From an uncultured bacterium (GTDB lineage Bacteria; Zixibacteria; MSB-5A5; UBA10806), in NCBI GenBank assembly GCA_965541585.1, contig CBEUCH010000001.1, positions 32,001 through 96,000 of the forward strand: a stretch of DNA of 64,000 bases, in the 5' to 3' direction. Position 1 is the first letter of the stretch. Each line of letters opens with the position of its first letter. Positions 29,581-39,451 of the stretch are shown here, one piece after another. The notes below the pieces were generated by a model, which was not told where the DNA came from, did not search any database, and was given only the letters and a program-made list of their open reading frames with translations. The position numbers and the translations under genes are program-made.

Positions 29581-30987
29581 ATGCTAAGGGAACGTATGCA
29601 CGTCTTGAAAAAACTCGTATTCGTTGCGGATTTATGTCTGGTTGCCCTCGGTTTCCAGCTCTCCGTAATAATAGACCATTTGCGAACCGGCACGAGCGTT
29701 AATATTTTTTCAAGCGATAACCTTATGTTACCGGCTATAATCATCTGGGGAGCCGTATTCTGGTTTTCACGTGATTGCTATAGCGTCCGGCTTAGAAAAA
29801 TCAAGGATATCCTGATAGCATCGTCAAGGGCGGCGCTGATTTCATCCGGCCTGTTTCTGGCGTTCATATTTGCGGCAGGTCATCTGGAGGAAAGCAGGTT
29901 CCGGATTATTCTGTTTGTCGCCCTGAGCGCCGCTTTCATCTGTGTATTTAGAATATTGATAACATTGCTACTCGAGTATTATCGCTCTCGAGGATACAAT
30001 TATCAGACGGTCCTGATGGTCGGCACTGGCGTTACTGCCAGAGGTTTTGTTGATAAGGTATTAGACAATTCTCAATTCGGCCTGAAGGTTTCAGGTTTTC
30101 TCGACTGGGAAAGGCGACCGCACCTCTGGCGCTACAGGGATATACCCTGCATCGGAGATCTACAGAGCCTGCCCGAGCTTCTGAAGAACAGGCAGATTGA
30201 CTGGGCGGTCTTCGCCGTGGGGAGGAAGTATCTGAGCAAGATTGAAAAATCAGTCGAGATCTGCGAACGGATGGGTGTGCAGATTGCCGTTCTGGCGGAT
30301 TTCTTCCCCATGAGGTTAGCCAAAAAAAGGGTCGATTCATTTTTCGATTCCCCGCTCGTATGCTATGACACGGCTCCGGAACAGGGCCTCCCCATCGTAG
30401 CCAAGAGCTTTCTGGATAGATTCCTGGCAGCGCTTGGATTGGTAATGGGAGCCCCGATATTGCTGGCCACGGCTGCTCTGGTAAAAATTACATCCAAAGG
30501 CCCGATCATTTTTGCTCAGGAAAGGTGTGGTTTAAACGGCCGGAAATTCAGGTTATATAAATTCCGGACTATGGTTCACAACGCCGATAACCTCAAGAGA
30601 GACCTGACGCAATTTAACGACGTGGATGGGGCGGCATTCAAGATGAAGAAGGACCCCCGGATCACACCGGTGGGAAGGTTATTACGAAGGGCATCAATCG
30701 ATGAGATACCGCAGCTATTCAATATCCTCAGGGGAGACATGTCACTTGTGGGGCCACGTCCACCACTGGCAGAGGAGGTCGCCAGGTACGATCTCTGGCA
30801 AAGAAGGAAACTCTCGATGAAACCAGGGTTGACCTGCCTCTGGCAGATTAACGGGCGTTCCGATATCTCTTTTGAAGAATGGATGAAGCTCGATCTGGAA
30901 TATATAGATAACTGGTCTTTATGGGAGGATGCAAAAATCCTGGCGCGGACCGTCCCGGTGGTTTTCAGGGGAACCGGCGCAAGGTAG
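29581..30987 (+). CDS. Priming polyprenyl-phosphate sugar-1-phosphate transferase (WcaJ/WbaP-like)
   Basis: N-terminal TMs, KFRTM, DPRIT, DEIPQLFNIL.GDMSLVGPRP, KPGLT..WQ, DLEYI. Confidence 0.93.
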   Translation: MLRERMHVLKKLVFVADLCLVALGFQLSVIIDHLRTGTSVNIFSSDNLMLPAIIIWGAVFWFSRDCYSVRLRKIKDILIASSRAALISSGLFLAFIFAAGHLEESRFRIILFVALSAAFICVFRILITLLLEYYRSRGYNYQTVLMVGTGVTARGFVDKVLDNSQFGLKVSGFLDWERRPHLWRYRDIPCIGDLQSLPELLKNRQIDWAVFAVGRKYLSKIEKSVEICERMGVQIAVLADFFPMRLAKKRVDSFFDSPLVCYDTAPEQGLPIVAKSFLDRFLAALGLVMGAPILLATAALVKITSKGPIIFAQERCGLNGRKFRLYKFRTMVHNADNLKRDLTQFNDVDGAAFKMKKDPRITPVGRLLRRASIDEIPQLFNILRGDMSLVGPRPPLAEEVARYDLWQRRKLSMKPGLTCLWQINGRSDISFEEWMKLDLEYIDNWSLWEDAKILARTVPVVFRGTGAR

Positions 30988-31000
30988 AGAGGATCTGGAG

Positions 31001-32182
31001 ATGGCCAATATTCTGGTAGTGGAAGACGATTTTGCTGTTCAGAGCTGCATGGTTAGAGTTCTTGAGGCAGAGGGACATCGGATCTCCGCAGTCTCTGACG
31101 GGCTTGAAGCTTTAGGCAAGATCTATTCTCAGAGTTATGATCTTGCCATTCTGAGTGTCGTTCTTCCGCACGTTAGCGGCGCAGGACTTCTCGATGCGAT
31201 CAGAAAAAGAAGCCCTCGAACCATGGTAGTTATGGTATCCGGACAAGCGGATCGTGAATCCACAATCGAATCGCTGAGCAACGGGGCTTATGATTATATT
31301 AAGAAACCGTTGAAAGAAGGCGACCTTGAGAAAATCGTCCGCAATGCTCTCGAAGAGGGCCGCCTTATGAGGAATTCCGCTTATATCTACAAGGATAGCC
31401 GCAGGCAGGATAAATCCTCGATAAAGAGTGGAATCCGGTATGCGATATTCGATTCGTTACTGGCAGGATTTTCAATCTATCTGGCTTTCCTCGGCCAGAT
31501 CCAACTTTTCAGAGCGCTAGATCAGCCCTTACTCATGGGCCATAGCGAGTTTATACAAATGGCATTGGGCCTGACCTTTTGCTACGCGTTTTGGTTCGTA
31601 TTCCATCGTAATTACAGGGTAGATCTTCCTGGTTCCGGCCGGGAACTCGCGAGCCGGATCTGGAAAAATATAACAGGCGCCTATCTCTTGTTTGCTGCTC
31701 TGCTATTTCTCACAAGAAATATAAATTTCGCCGGCAGCAAGATAGCTGTCGGACTGGGATATATCCTGGGATTTCTGCTGATTCTGACCATCCGATTGAT
31801 CATAATTCCCGGTGCGATCACGAGATTTCAACGCGAGGGAAGGAAAGATATCATATTCGTTAGCTCCGGCAAACCAGCGGCTGGAGTAACTGAACAAGCC
31901 TTGCACCAGGACATGCCTGGAATTAGACACGGGCATATCGGGCGAGATCACACTGTAGGGAAAGGCATACCACCGAACGCCATAGTGATAACCAGCCGCG
32001 AAGACGCTGACCGGCTCGTCCTCACCGATGATATAGAAGAACTATATATTGCGGGGGATGCATTATCGGCAGTGGAGGTCATGAATCTTCTGGATAGATT
32101 CAGAGGTCGTAAACTAAAAGTGGTCCTTATGAGCAGGACTGATGACGTTTTGCAGCGAGCCAGAATTCCTGCAAGAATTTAG
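31001..32182 (+). CDS. Pseudo-receiver domain fused to WcaJ-like N-terminal membrane domain
   Basis: MANILVVEDD...YDLAILSVVLP...GAYDYIKKP, then four TMs and a degenerate cytoplasmic domain. Start placed at ATG 31001 after GAGG/GGAG. Confidence 0.78.
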   Translation: MANILVVEDDFAVQSCMVRVLEAEGHRISAVSDGLEALGKIYSQSYDLAILSVVLPHVSGAGLLDAIRKRSPRTMVVMVSGQADRESTIESLSNGAYDYIKKPLKEGDLEKIVRNALEEGRLMRNSAYIYKDSRRQDKSSIKSGIRYAIFDSLLAGFSIYLAFLGQIQLFRALDQPLLMGHSEFIQMALGLTFCYAFWFVFHRNYRVDLPGSGRELASRIWKNITGAYLLFAALLFLTRNINFAGSKIAVGLGYILGFLLILTIRLIIIPGAITRFQREGRKDIIFVSSGKPAAGVTEQALHQDMPGIRHGHIGRDHTVGKGIPPNAIVITSREDADRLVLTDDIEELYIAGDALSAVEVMNLLDRFRGRKLKVVLMSRTDDVLQRARIPARI

Positions 32183-32184
32183 TA

Positions 32185-33690
32185 GTGCTCATGCTTGTTT
32201 TAAGGATTACAGGTTTAATACTCTTATTCTGTCTTCCCATCGTCGCAGGCGAGATCCCCATAGGCACCCCCTCATCACAGAACCTGTTTATTATAGCCAG
32301 AGAACTCTACGGTCGAGGGCTTCTCGAGAATATCGAATACTACAATCCTCCGGCCGCAACAGAAGCGGGAATGAGCAATAATGAAAAAGATCTAATCGGG
32401 CTCTACCATAATCTGGTTGGAGATCATCTCGACCGGAAAGAAAAATCCTGGATAGCAGGCGGCCTGGAGCTCGTTGAAGTTAACCGGCAAGAGCATTCTA
32501 ACACCAATTACTTAAAACTATTTCCTCAGGTTAAGATCGACATCAATCGCAACCTGTCCTCTACAGTCATTTATCGGATCGATAGAGAGCTATCCGAAGA
32601 TCCCCGGTATGAAGGCAAATACTGGAGAGGATTGGCCGGTTTTGCCGAAAACGCCACTCTGGACCTGAGGCTCGACCGTATGAAGTTCCGGTTCGGAGTT
32701 GAAAGGATCTCTTGGGGATTCGGGAGGTACGGGAATCTTCTGTTTTCCAGTCAGGCAATGCCGATGACCGTCCTGGGGTTCAGTTTCAGGGGAGAGAATT
32801 TCGATTTTGAATCGATCGTAGGATTCTTAAGCCTCGTGGGAGAAGAACTTGATCAAATGGAACTTGATCCTCAATATCTTACAGATCAGCAGAGATATAT
32901 CAGCGCCCATTCGTTGAGCTTCACTCCTTTTAAGGGCTTATCGATTTCCCTTAGAGAGGCCGTCGTCTATGGAGGTCCCGGACGGCGGTTCGAGCCCGCA
33001 TACTCAGTTCCTTTACTCTGGTATCACGGCCACCAACTCAATTCGGGGATCGACGATAATACATTGGTGAGCCTGGGATTAGATTACAGGCATGGCGGGA
33101 AGTTCTGGGCCTACAGCGAACTATTGGTGGATGATTTTCAGGTCGACAAGAAAAGCCGGGGCGATTATGAGCCGGACCAGATAGGATTATTAATCGGCGC
33201 AGAAGCGTATGATCTAGGCCTGACCGGATCGATAATAAGCCTCGAATACGCCAGGATTAACAACTGGACCTACAACCAGGCCAGACCGCATAATCGTTAC
33301 ATCAATCGCAACTATCCGATCGGTTTTCCCGATGGTCCCGATAACGATATTCTCAACTGGGGATACTCCTGGTGGGTCTCGGCGGCTCTCAGGCTATCCT
33401 ATTTCGGCTCCGCTCGAAGGTCCGGTGAGGGCTTTATAGACGCCGGCTGGTCGACGCCGTGGCTTTATACCGACCAGTATTCCGAGCCGTTTCCAACTGG
33501 AACAGTCCTGAGGGAGACAGTTAATGGCTTCGGACTTCGGACGTTTCACAATAATCAACTCTGGGGTAAGCTGGAGGTTCGGTTGGCCGATATAACTAAC
33601 GTTGGGAACGTTCCCGGGACGGATAAGACGCACTGGGAATTTTCCGTTGAGTTAGGATATAGATTGCCACCATTTGGCTGGGGGTTTTAG
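32185..33690 (+). CDS. Capsule assembly Wzi-family outer membrane protein
   Basis: Signal peptide, ISAH, EAVVYGG, DDN, YSELLVDD, EYARINNWTY, IG...GPD pattern; locus context. Confidence 0.75.
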   Translation: MLMLVLRITGLILLFCLPIVAGEIPIGTPSSQNLFIIARELYGRGLLENIEYYNPPAATEAGMSNNEKDLIGLYHNLVGDHLDRKEKSWIAGGLELVEVNRQEHSNTNYLKLFPQVKIDINRNLSSTVIYRIDRELSEDPRYEGKYWRGLAGFAENATLDLRLDRMKFRFGVERISWGFGRYGNLLFSSQAMPMTVLGFSFRGENFDFESIVGFLSLVGEELDQMELDPQYLTDQQRYISAHSLSFTPFKGLSISLREAVVYGGPGRRFEPAYSVPLLWYHGHQLNSGIDDNTLVSLGLDYRHGGKFWAYSELLVDDFQVDKKSRGDYEPDQIGLLIGAEAYDLGLTGSIISLEYARINNWTYNQARPHNRYINRNYPIGFPDGPDNDILNWGYSWWVSAALRLSYFGSARRSGEGFIDAGWSTPWLYTDQYSEPFPTGTVLRETVNGFGLRTFHNNQLWGKLEVRLADITNVGNVPGTDKTHWEFSVELGYRLPPFGWGF

Positions 33691-33692
33691 CT

Positions 33693-35147
33693 ATGCGGAG
33701 ATTGATATTAACTCTGGTTTTCGTTCAGGTGCTATGTTTCTCTGTTTTAGCGGCAGATTTCTTAACCGGGGCCAGGGGCGGCGGAATGGGATTTTCGTAT
33801 TTTGTATTAGCCGACGATCCCTCGGGGGCCCTCTATAATCCCTCCGGACCCGGTTTTGCAAGAGGCTTGCAATCTCAGCTTATGTATAACAACCGAAATA
33901 ATTATGACTATCCCGGCTGGCCGGAGAATCCTTACGGCGGCCAGTTCGCAGTCGTTTATTACCGTCCTGAATTCGGCGCGCTTGCTCTCAACACAATTCA
34001 GAGCGGCTCGATGTCTGAGGTAACCGGTATCCCGACTATAAACCACGCCGTCCTTACTTATGGTAGAGAGCTTGCTCCGGGCATGTCGGCCGGTGTCTCG
34101 GCAAAATACCTGAGTGAATCCATGTTTGGCGAGCGCTCGGCATTCGATTTTGATCTGGGAGTCTCCTTCAGAACCCGCGTCGGCATAATAGCAGCTGCCG
34201 TAGCCGAGAATGTTATCCGATCCAAATTGTCGCCGGAATATTCAGGCACCGCCGAATATCTGCCTCGTCGTGAACGACTCGGGCTGGGGTATTCTCACAA
34301 CGCAAGGGAGTGGCAAGCCGTTTTTGTGTTAGCGGGCCAACTGGAGGAATCCGGTATTTCGCAGAAATATATAACGGCACTTTTAAACCTCGGCACGGAA
34401 TGCTGGTTCATACCGAACAGACAGATCTCTTTAGGGGCTCGTGCGGGATATACTTTCGGCAAGGGTGTAAGATATGACATAGAGAGCGACTATTCCAGTT
34501 TGTCAACCGGGATTTCAGTCAACTTCAAGATTGGCGTCAGCGATTTAAGGCTGGATTATTCACTGGTAACTTATCCGTATGAGACTGCAGACGGCTCGAC
34601 CCCTCTGGATCATTTTCTGGGGTTAACCTACGGCTGGGGCGGCGTGCCAAAGTATGATATTCATGGCGATGGATATTCCGCGCGGGGCCAAACTGAGCCG
34701 TATGTGAGGCATCAATCTACAGAACCACCGGAGATTTTCAATCCTCCGCCGGATTCCAAGATAAAACCCCCGGTTATTGATAAAGATACTAATTTCAGGC
34801 GTCGCCGTTACCTGCATTTTGATGTGGATATGGATGTGGCTGATATTTCTTCAAAGGACTTCAAGAGGATCGTTTTCTATTTCAGGCCTCAACGAATAAT
34901 TAAGACGAATAGCTGGAAGCTATATGTATTCAAAGCCAAGATCAAAAACTGGTCCGACGGTGAAATCCTCCGCTGGGCCTTGAAAGTTATCAAAGGAAAC
35001 GGGCTCCCTCCCATAAACGTGGTCTGGGATGGAAAATCAGGCGATGGGACACTCCTGCCGGCAGGAAAATATTATTATATAATGACCGCCGAGGATCCGC
35101 AGGGACAGCGTTTCGTCACAAAATGGCATAAGTTCAAATTGGAATAG
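33693..35147 (+). CDS. PorV/UPF0164-like outer membrane barrel with C-terminal FlgD-Ig-like domain
   Basis: GARGGGMG...ADDPSGALYNPSG N-terminal motif; C-terminal VVWDGK..DG.LLP.G.YYY. Confidence 0.7.
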   Translation: MRRLILTLVFVQVLCFSVLAADFLTGARGGGMGFSYFVLADDPSGALYNPSGPGFARGLQSQLMYNNRNNYDYPGWPENPYGGQFAVVYYRPEFGALALNTIQSGSMSEVTGIPTINHAVLTYGRELAPGMSAGVSAKYLSESMFGERSAFDFDLGVSFRTRVGIIAAAVAENVIRSKLSPEYSGTAEYLPRRERLGLGYSHNAREWQAVFVLAGQLEESGISQKYITALLNLGTECWFIPNRQISLGARAGYTFGKGVRYDIESDYSSLSTGISVNFKIGVSDLRLDYSLVTYPYETADGSTPLDHFLGLTYGWGGVPKYDIHGDGYSARGQTEPYVRHQSTEPPEIFNPPPDSKIKPPVIDKDTNFRRRRYLHFDVDMDVADISSKDFKRIVFYFRPQRIIKTNSWKLYVFKAKIKNWSDGEILRWALKVIKGNGLPPINVVWDGKSGDGTLLPAGKYYYIMTAEDPQGQRFVTKWHKFKLE

Positions 35148-35167
35148 AAGGCGCAGCCTAGAGGGGG

Positions 35168-35203
35168 GAAGCGCCGTCCGGTTTCGGGCGGCGCTTCGCT
35201 TTT
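35168..35203 (+). terminator. Rho-independent terminator ending the polysaccharide operon
   Basis: GAAGCGCCGTCC/GGGCGGCGCTTC stem followed by GCTTTT, between convergent genes. Confidence 0.65.
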
Positions 35204-35273
35204 GTGAGCTGAATGTCACTATATTAAGACCCCTGCCCGTTCTGGACAGTGGTCCGGGAAACCTCGTTTTCTT

Positions 35274-38200
35274 CTATTTTATTATGATCATTTTGCGGCT
35301 CCGCTCGAAATTGCCTGCTTTCAGACTGTAGAAGTAGACTCCGGAGGACATAGCCCGCCCCCTGTCATCGGTGCCATCCCAGGTTATGGCATGATATCCG
35401 GCTGGCAGCTTTTCAGCCAGCAGTCCTCTAACCTGGCGTCCGAGAAGATCGTAGATCATCAACCTGACATCTGATTGAACAGGTAACGCAAAACTAATCT
35501 TAGTGGCGGGATTAAAGGGATTGGGGTAATTCTGTTGGAGTGCGAATTCCTCTGGAACAAGATTGGATAGATCCTCGATTCCAGTTTCTCCGGAGACCGT
35601 CAATGTGCACTCCACGGCGATACTGCCCTCGTCGGGATCGTTGGAGATGATATCCAGGTATCCGACATATTCCCCTTCATCAAGTTGAGTGGCATCGAAT
35701 GTGACATTGATATCCGAAGAACTGCCGGGCATAACGAAACCTGAAAGCGGATCGGGAGAGAGCCAGAATGTCGGATAAACAATTTTCACGGCCAGATTCT
35801 CGGAGATATAATTTTGATTGTAGGCCATCTGCAAACCGACCGAACCGTCCTCGTTTTCAATACCTATAGTGCAGGAGTTAAGAATACCATCCAGGCCATT
35901 GTACTGGTAGATTATGGTACCATCGGCGATCAGAATGACCTCGAATGTAAAAGAGCCGCTATTGGGATAGCGGGGTACGTCCTGCCATTGAACGATGGCG
36001 GAATCGGTATCGTTGGTATAGAAAAAGATGGTTCCACCGTTAACAGGGTTTAGATTATCCCAGAAAGGAGCCACCAGGTTGTTAGGCTCCAAAGAGTTAG
36101 GAATCGATCGGTTGATGTAATCCGTGGCGGTAGCGGTGAATGATATCCAGCCATTGGAACAGATTCGGATGGAGCTAAAATAGTTGCCATAAAATGGGAT
36201 TTCGAAACCGAGATCAAATGGCCCCTGGTTTTGATTGGTATTAAACTGCAACGGTTGGCCGTCTCCCGATATATCGATCCACTCATAGGCGGGGCCGCCC
36301 GGCTCGTCGGAATCGATCCAGGTATATCCGAACTCGTCGGGTCCTCCCGAATCCAGGACCATCGGAGGATTGAGATCCGGATCCTGTCCTTTTTCCTCGA
36401 GGCCGGTAGCATCCGGGCGCGTGAAATCATCGCGAATCCCAAGCCGTCGATTTTCAACCATGGGCCTTATTTCGAATGTCAGGACTCCCCCGGTGGGATT
36501 GGTCAATGTGAGCGTCCGATCTACGGACTGTCCGGGCTGCAATTCGACTGCGAAGAAAGCAGGATCGATCTCGATATCTGGCAAGGGTAAGAAGGTCCCA
36601 CCTGAGATGTCCACGGAATCAATATACCATCCTGCTCTGGTATTCGAACTATCGGTGCCAATCCGAAAACCCAATTGTATAATCGAGCCTGCGAAGTCCC
36701 CCAGGTCGAATTCTGCCTGTTCCCAATCGCCGGAAAAGCCAGAGTAGCCGGGTTCATTATCCAGTGCCCGGACCTCATCGTGTGGATAACCTCCTGCCGG
36801 TGTGATCAGCTCCCAATCCTGGCCCAGGGTTCTGGCCGAGACATTTCCGCCGTCGTAGGCGGCCATCAGGTCACGATCGAAACGATACCAGTGGTAGAAT
36901 CTTAGAATCGCCTGGTCCTCATCGACGGCGATGAAATTCGAGATCAGAAGGTCATCAGCATAATTTTCATAGTTGTCGTCAAGAACTGTCGCCCAGACAT
37001 TAAAGCCATCGAATGCCGAACCCGGGCCTGATGTCGGTTCTCCCCATTCCCAGATGCCTTTTCCGACCCAGTAACCGTCATCATATTCAAATGACTCGAA
37101 CGGACCCAGCGTAAAATTCAATTCAACCTCTCCTCCTCCCTGAACGTGTATAGAATCCTCTCCCATGCCGAACCCAGATGCCCTGACCCGAATCGTATAT
37201 GTTAAATCGCCAGGCAATGCCTCGAATTCATAATATCCATTTTCGTCTGATTGGATTGGTTCAACGGGCGTACCGACCACCTTAATATTGGCGTCTGCTA
37301 TAGGGGATGCATCTTCGGTGTTCACCACCGTTCCATGCAGATTGCCCGCTACGGCCTCTTGAAGGACGAAATCGACTATGGTTGTCTCCTGGACAGCAAG
37401 ATCAACCTCTACCTGCTCCGGGAGATAACCGAAGTAGGAAGCCTCGAGAGTATAGGTTATGTCGCCCGGCAACATGATGTCATAGTAACCGTCCTCATCG
37501 GCGTAGGTAAACCTCTCTGAATCGATAATCTGAATCAGGGTTCCACCGATGCCATCGTCGTAGATATCTGTGATCCGGCCTTCAATGAACCCGTAGCCGG
37601 CCTGTGCAAGAAGACAAGCCTCATATAAATCGATAATACCGTGACCGAAGGTGTTTTCTTCGCCATCGGGGTCGTCAAATGGTAAATCATGGGCGGTGGA
37701 AATCAGGATTTCCTTTATAGTATCTACATCGAGATCGGGGTTTGCCTGTCTCATTACGGCAACAGAACCGGTCACATGGGGTGACGCCATGGAAGTCCCG
37801 CTCATGGTGGCATAGCCGTCGCCGGGAACCGACGAGCGAACACTCACACCGGGAGCCACAACCTCAGGCTTGATTGCCAAATCGCCCTCAGCGCATTCTG
37901 TCGGACCACGGGCGGAAAAGCCGGCTATCGGCAGGTCAGGATTGTTGCCGTCCACAGCGCCGACCGAGAATACATTAATATAAGTATCCGCCCTGTCTGC
38001 CGGAGAACGAAGACCGTTGAATGCTTCATTACCGGCGGAGAATATCACTACCGATCCAGCGGCTTCGACGTTATCGATGACTTGCCAGAAGGTTTCATCG
38101 CAATCAGGCCATCCGATATCATCCGGAATTCCCCAGGAATTTCCTATGGCATCGGGATTATCCTGGGTATGGCGATCGCCGTCAGGGTCAACCGCCCATT

Positions 38201-39047
38201 CGAATGAGATGAGAATATCCTGTATGGTGCGATTGATCCCGCCCCTGTCGACCGCCGCCGAAGCTATCCATAGCGCATCGATTGCAACGCCGATGGTGTC
38301 GCCACGGTCGGAGCGGCCACAGATCGTGCCCATGGTGTGGGTGCCGTGGGAGCCGCCGTCCTGAGGGAAATCCCATTCGGTGTCATATGGATCGAGCCAG
38401 CTTTCGTCGTAATCGCCGTCGCCATCTACATCACCGCGGAACCTCTCGCTCAGGGCTGGATGGGTACCGTCCACACCGGTATCAATATTCATGACAACCC
38501 TGCCCTCGCCGGTCCAGCCGTGTTCCCATGCCGCAAGGGCGTTTATCCTCTCGAGGCCTATCTCATGTATCAGGAGCAGGCTTTCGTCTGATTCGTATTC
38601 TACCGGTTCGATTAATTCAATCGGGATATTGGCATAGAGAATATCCAGATCCGGGTGAGCGACAAGAGCTTCTATCCCGTCTCGCGTAGCTCTGAGGTGA
38701 AACATATTGGCGATCCAGAACATTCGATAGTCTTTGACAATATCGCGGGCCTTCAGCTCATCCAGATAAGCAATCATCACCGGCTGAGTATCGGTTGCCG
38801 CTTCCTGCAATTCGATAATTACCCGTCGGTTTCTTTCTGCGAGGGTTGCACGTATCTGCTTTAGCTGCTGGTTAAGGGAGGCTATATCAGCCTGATGGTT
38901 AAAGAAGGCGATTGCCTCAACGGTTTCACCGGCATTCAGCCGGTCGAGTTCAGCCTGAAGCGATTCATGAATCACCGCCGCATTTACGGACACACTCGCC
39001 AGAAATAGAATAATCAGAACCGGCCATAAGACCTTGCCGTTACTCAT
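35274..39047 (-). CDS. Secreted S8 family serine peptidase, multidomain, with FlgD/T9SS type-A-like C-terminal sorting domain
   Basis: IDTG, HGTHTMG, GTSMASP triad; carboxypeptidase-regulatory-like repeats; QNYPNPFNP...WDGTD..G..MSSGVYFY...KMIIIK. Confidence 0.93.
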   Translation of the reverse strand: MSNGKVLWPVLIILFLASVSVNAAVIHESLQAELDRLNAGETVEAIAFFNHQADIASLNQQLKQIRATLAERNRRVIIELQEAATDTQPVMIAYLDELKARDIVKDYRMFWIANMFHLRATRDGIEALVAHPDLDILYANIPIELIEPVEYESDESLLLIHEIGLERINALAAWEHGWTGEGRVVMNIDTGVDGTHPALSERFRGDVDGDGDYDESWLDPYDTEWDFPQDGGSHGTHTMGTICGRSDRGDTIGVAIDALWIASAAVDRGGINRTIQDILISFEWAVDPDGDRHTQDNPDAIGNSWGIPDDIGWPDCDETFWQVIDNVEAAGSVVIFSAGNEAFNGLRSPADRADTYINVFSVGAVDGNNPDLPIAGFSARGPTECAEGDLAIKPEVVAPGVSVRSSVPGDGYATMSGTSMASPHVTGSVAVMRQANPDLDVDTIKEILISTAHDLPFDDPDGEENTFGHGIIDLYEACLLAQAGYGFIEGRITDIYDDGIGGTLIQIIDSERFTYADEDGYYDIMLPGDITYTLEASYFGYLPEQVEVDLAVQETTIVDFVLQEAVAGNLHGTVVNTEDASPIADANIKVVGTPVEPIQSDENGYYEFEALPGDLTYTIRVRASGFGMGEDSIHVQGGGEVELNFTLGPFESFEYDDGYWVGKGIWEWGEPTSGPGSAFDGFNVWATVLDDNYENYADDLLISNFIAVDEDQAILRFYHWYRFDRDLMAAYDGGNVSARTLGQDWELITPAGGYPHDEVRALDNEPGYSGFSGDWEQAEFDLGDFAGSIIQLGFRIGTDSSNTRAGWYIDSVDISGGTFLPLPDIEIDPAFFAVELQPGQSVDRTLTLTNPTGGVLTFEIRPMVENRRLGIRDDFTRPDATGLEEKGQDPDLNPPMVLDSGGPDEFGYTWIDSDEPGGPAYEWIDISGDGQPLQFNTNQNQGPFDLGFEIPFYGNYFSSIRICSNGWISFTATATDYINRSIPNSLEPNNLVAPFWDNLNPVNGGTIFFYTNDTDSAIVQWQDVPRYPNSGSFTFEVILIADGTIIYQYNGLDGILNSCTIGIENEDGSVGLQMAYNQNYISENLAVKIVYPTFWLSPDPLSGFVMPGSSSDINVTFDATQLDEGEYVGYLDIISNDPDEGSIAVECTLTVSGETGIEDLSNLVPEEFALQQNYPNPFNPATKISFALPVQSDVRLMIYDLLGRQVRGLLAEKLPAGYHAITWDGTDDRGRAMSSGVYFYSLKAGNFERSRKMIIIK

Positions 39048-39399
39048 TACTGCTCCTTGGATTAAGGTTCATCCGAGAGGTATTTCGCATAACACAATTG
39101 CCCATCAAATCTTAACGGTCAAGAAAATGCCGTCTGCGGGGTCTCCCTGGCCTGCATTATCCTGCTTGTTATCCAGGCCATAGGGCGATTGTCGGCCTGG
39201 AGTGCCCCGACATCCGGTATTTCAAAGATAGCTGAAACGTCTTAAATGTCAACAGCTTTTGAGAGTTCCATTTCGACTCAACCCGTAATGTAACAGCGGG
39301 AAATGTTGCTGCGGTTCCGCCAATCTTGCCGGGGTTATTGGTGAGAATCGGTCATATGGTTTGCACCTGGGCATGAATTACCCCGGGGGCCATTAGAGG

Positions 39400-39427
39400 T
39401 TGACATATGCCTCATGGACGTTATTTT
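39400..39427 (+). promoter_or_regulatory. Sigma-70 promoter of the ferritin-like gene
   Basis: TTGACA-N16-TATTTT, followed by SD AAAGGAG. Confidence 0.5.
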
Positions 39428-39451
39428 GACGGCTGATCGAAAGGAGACGAT

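Noticed and set aside
30929..31000. Longer start for the receiver fusion
   Set aside because: Overlaps the upstream transferase; the receiver fold and an SD begin at 31001
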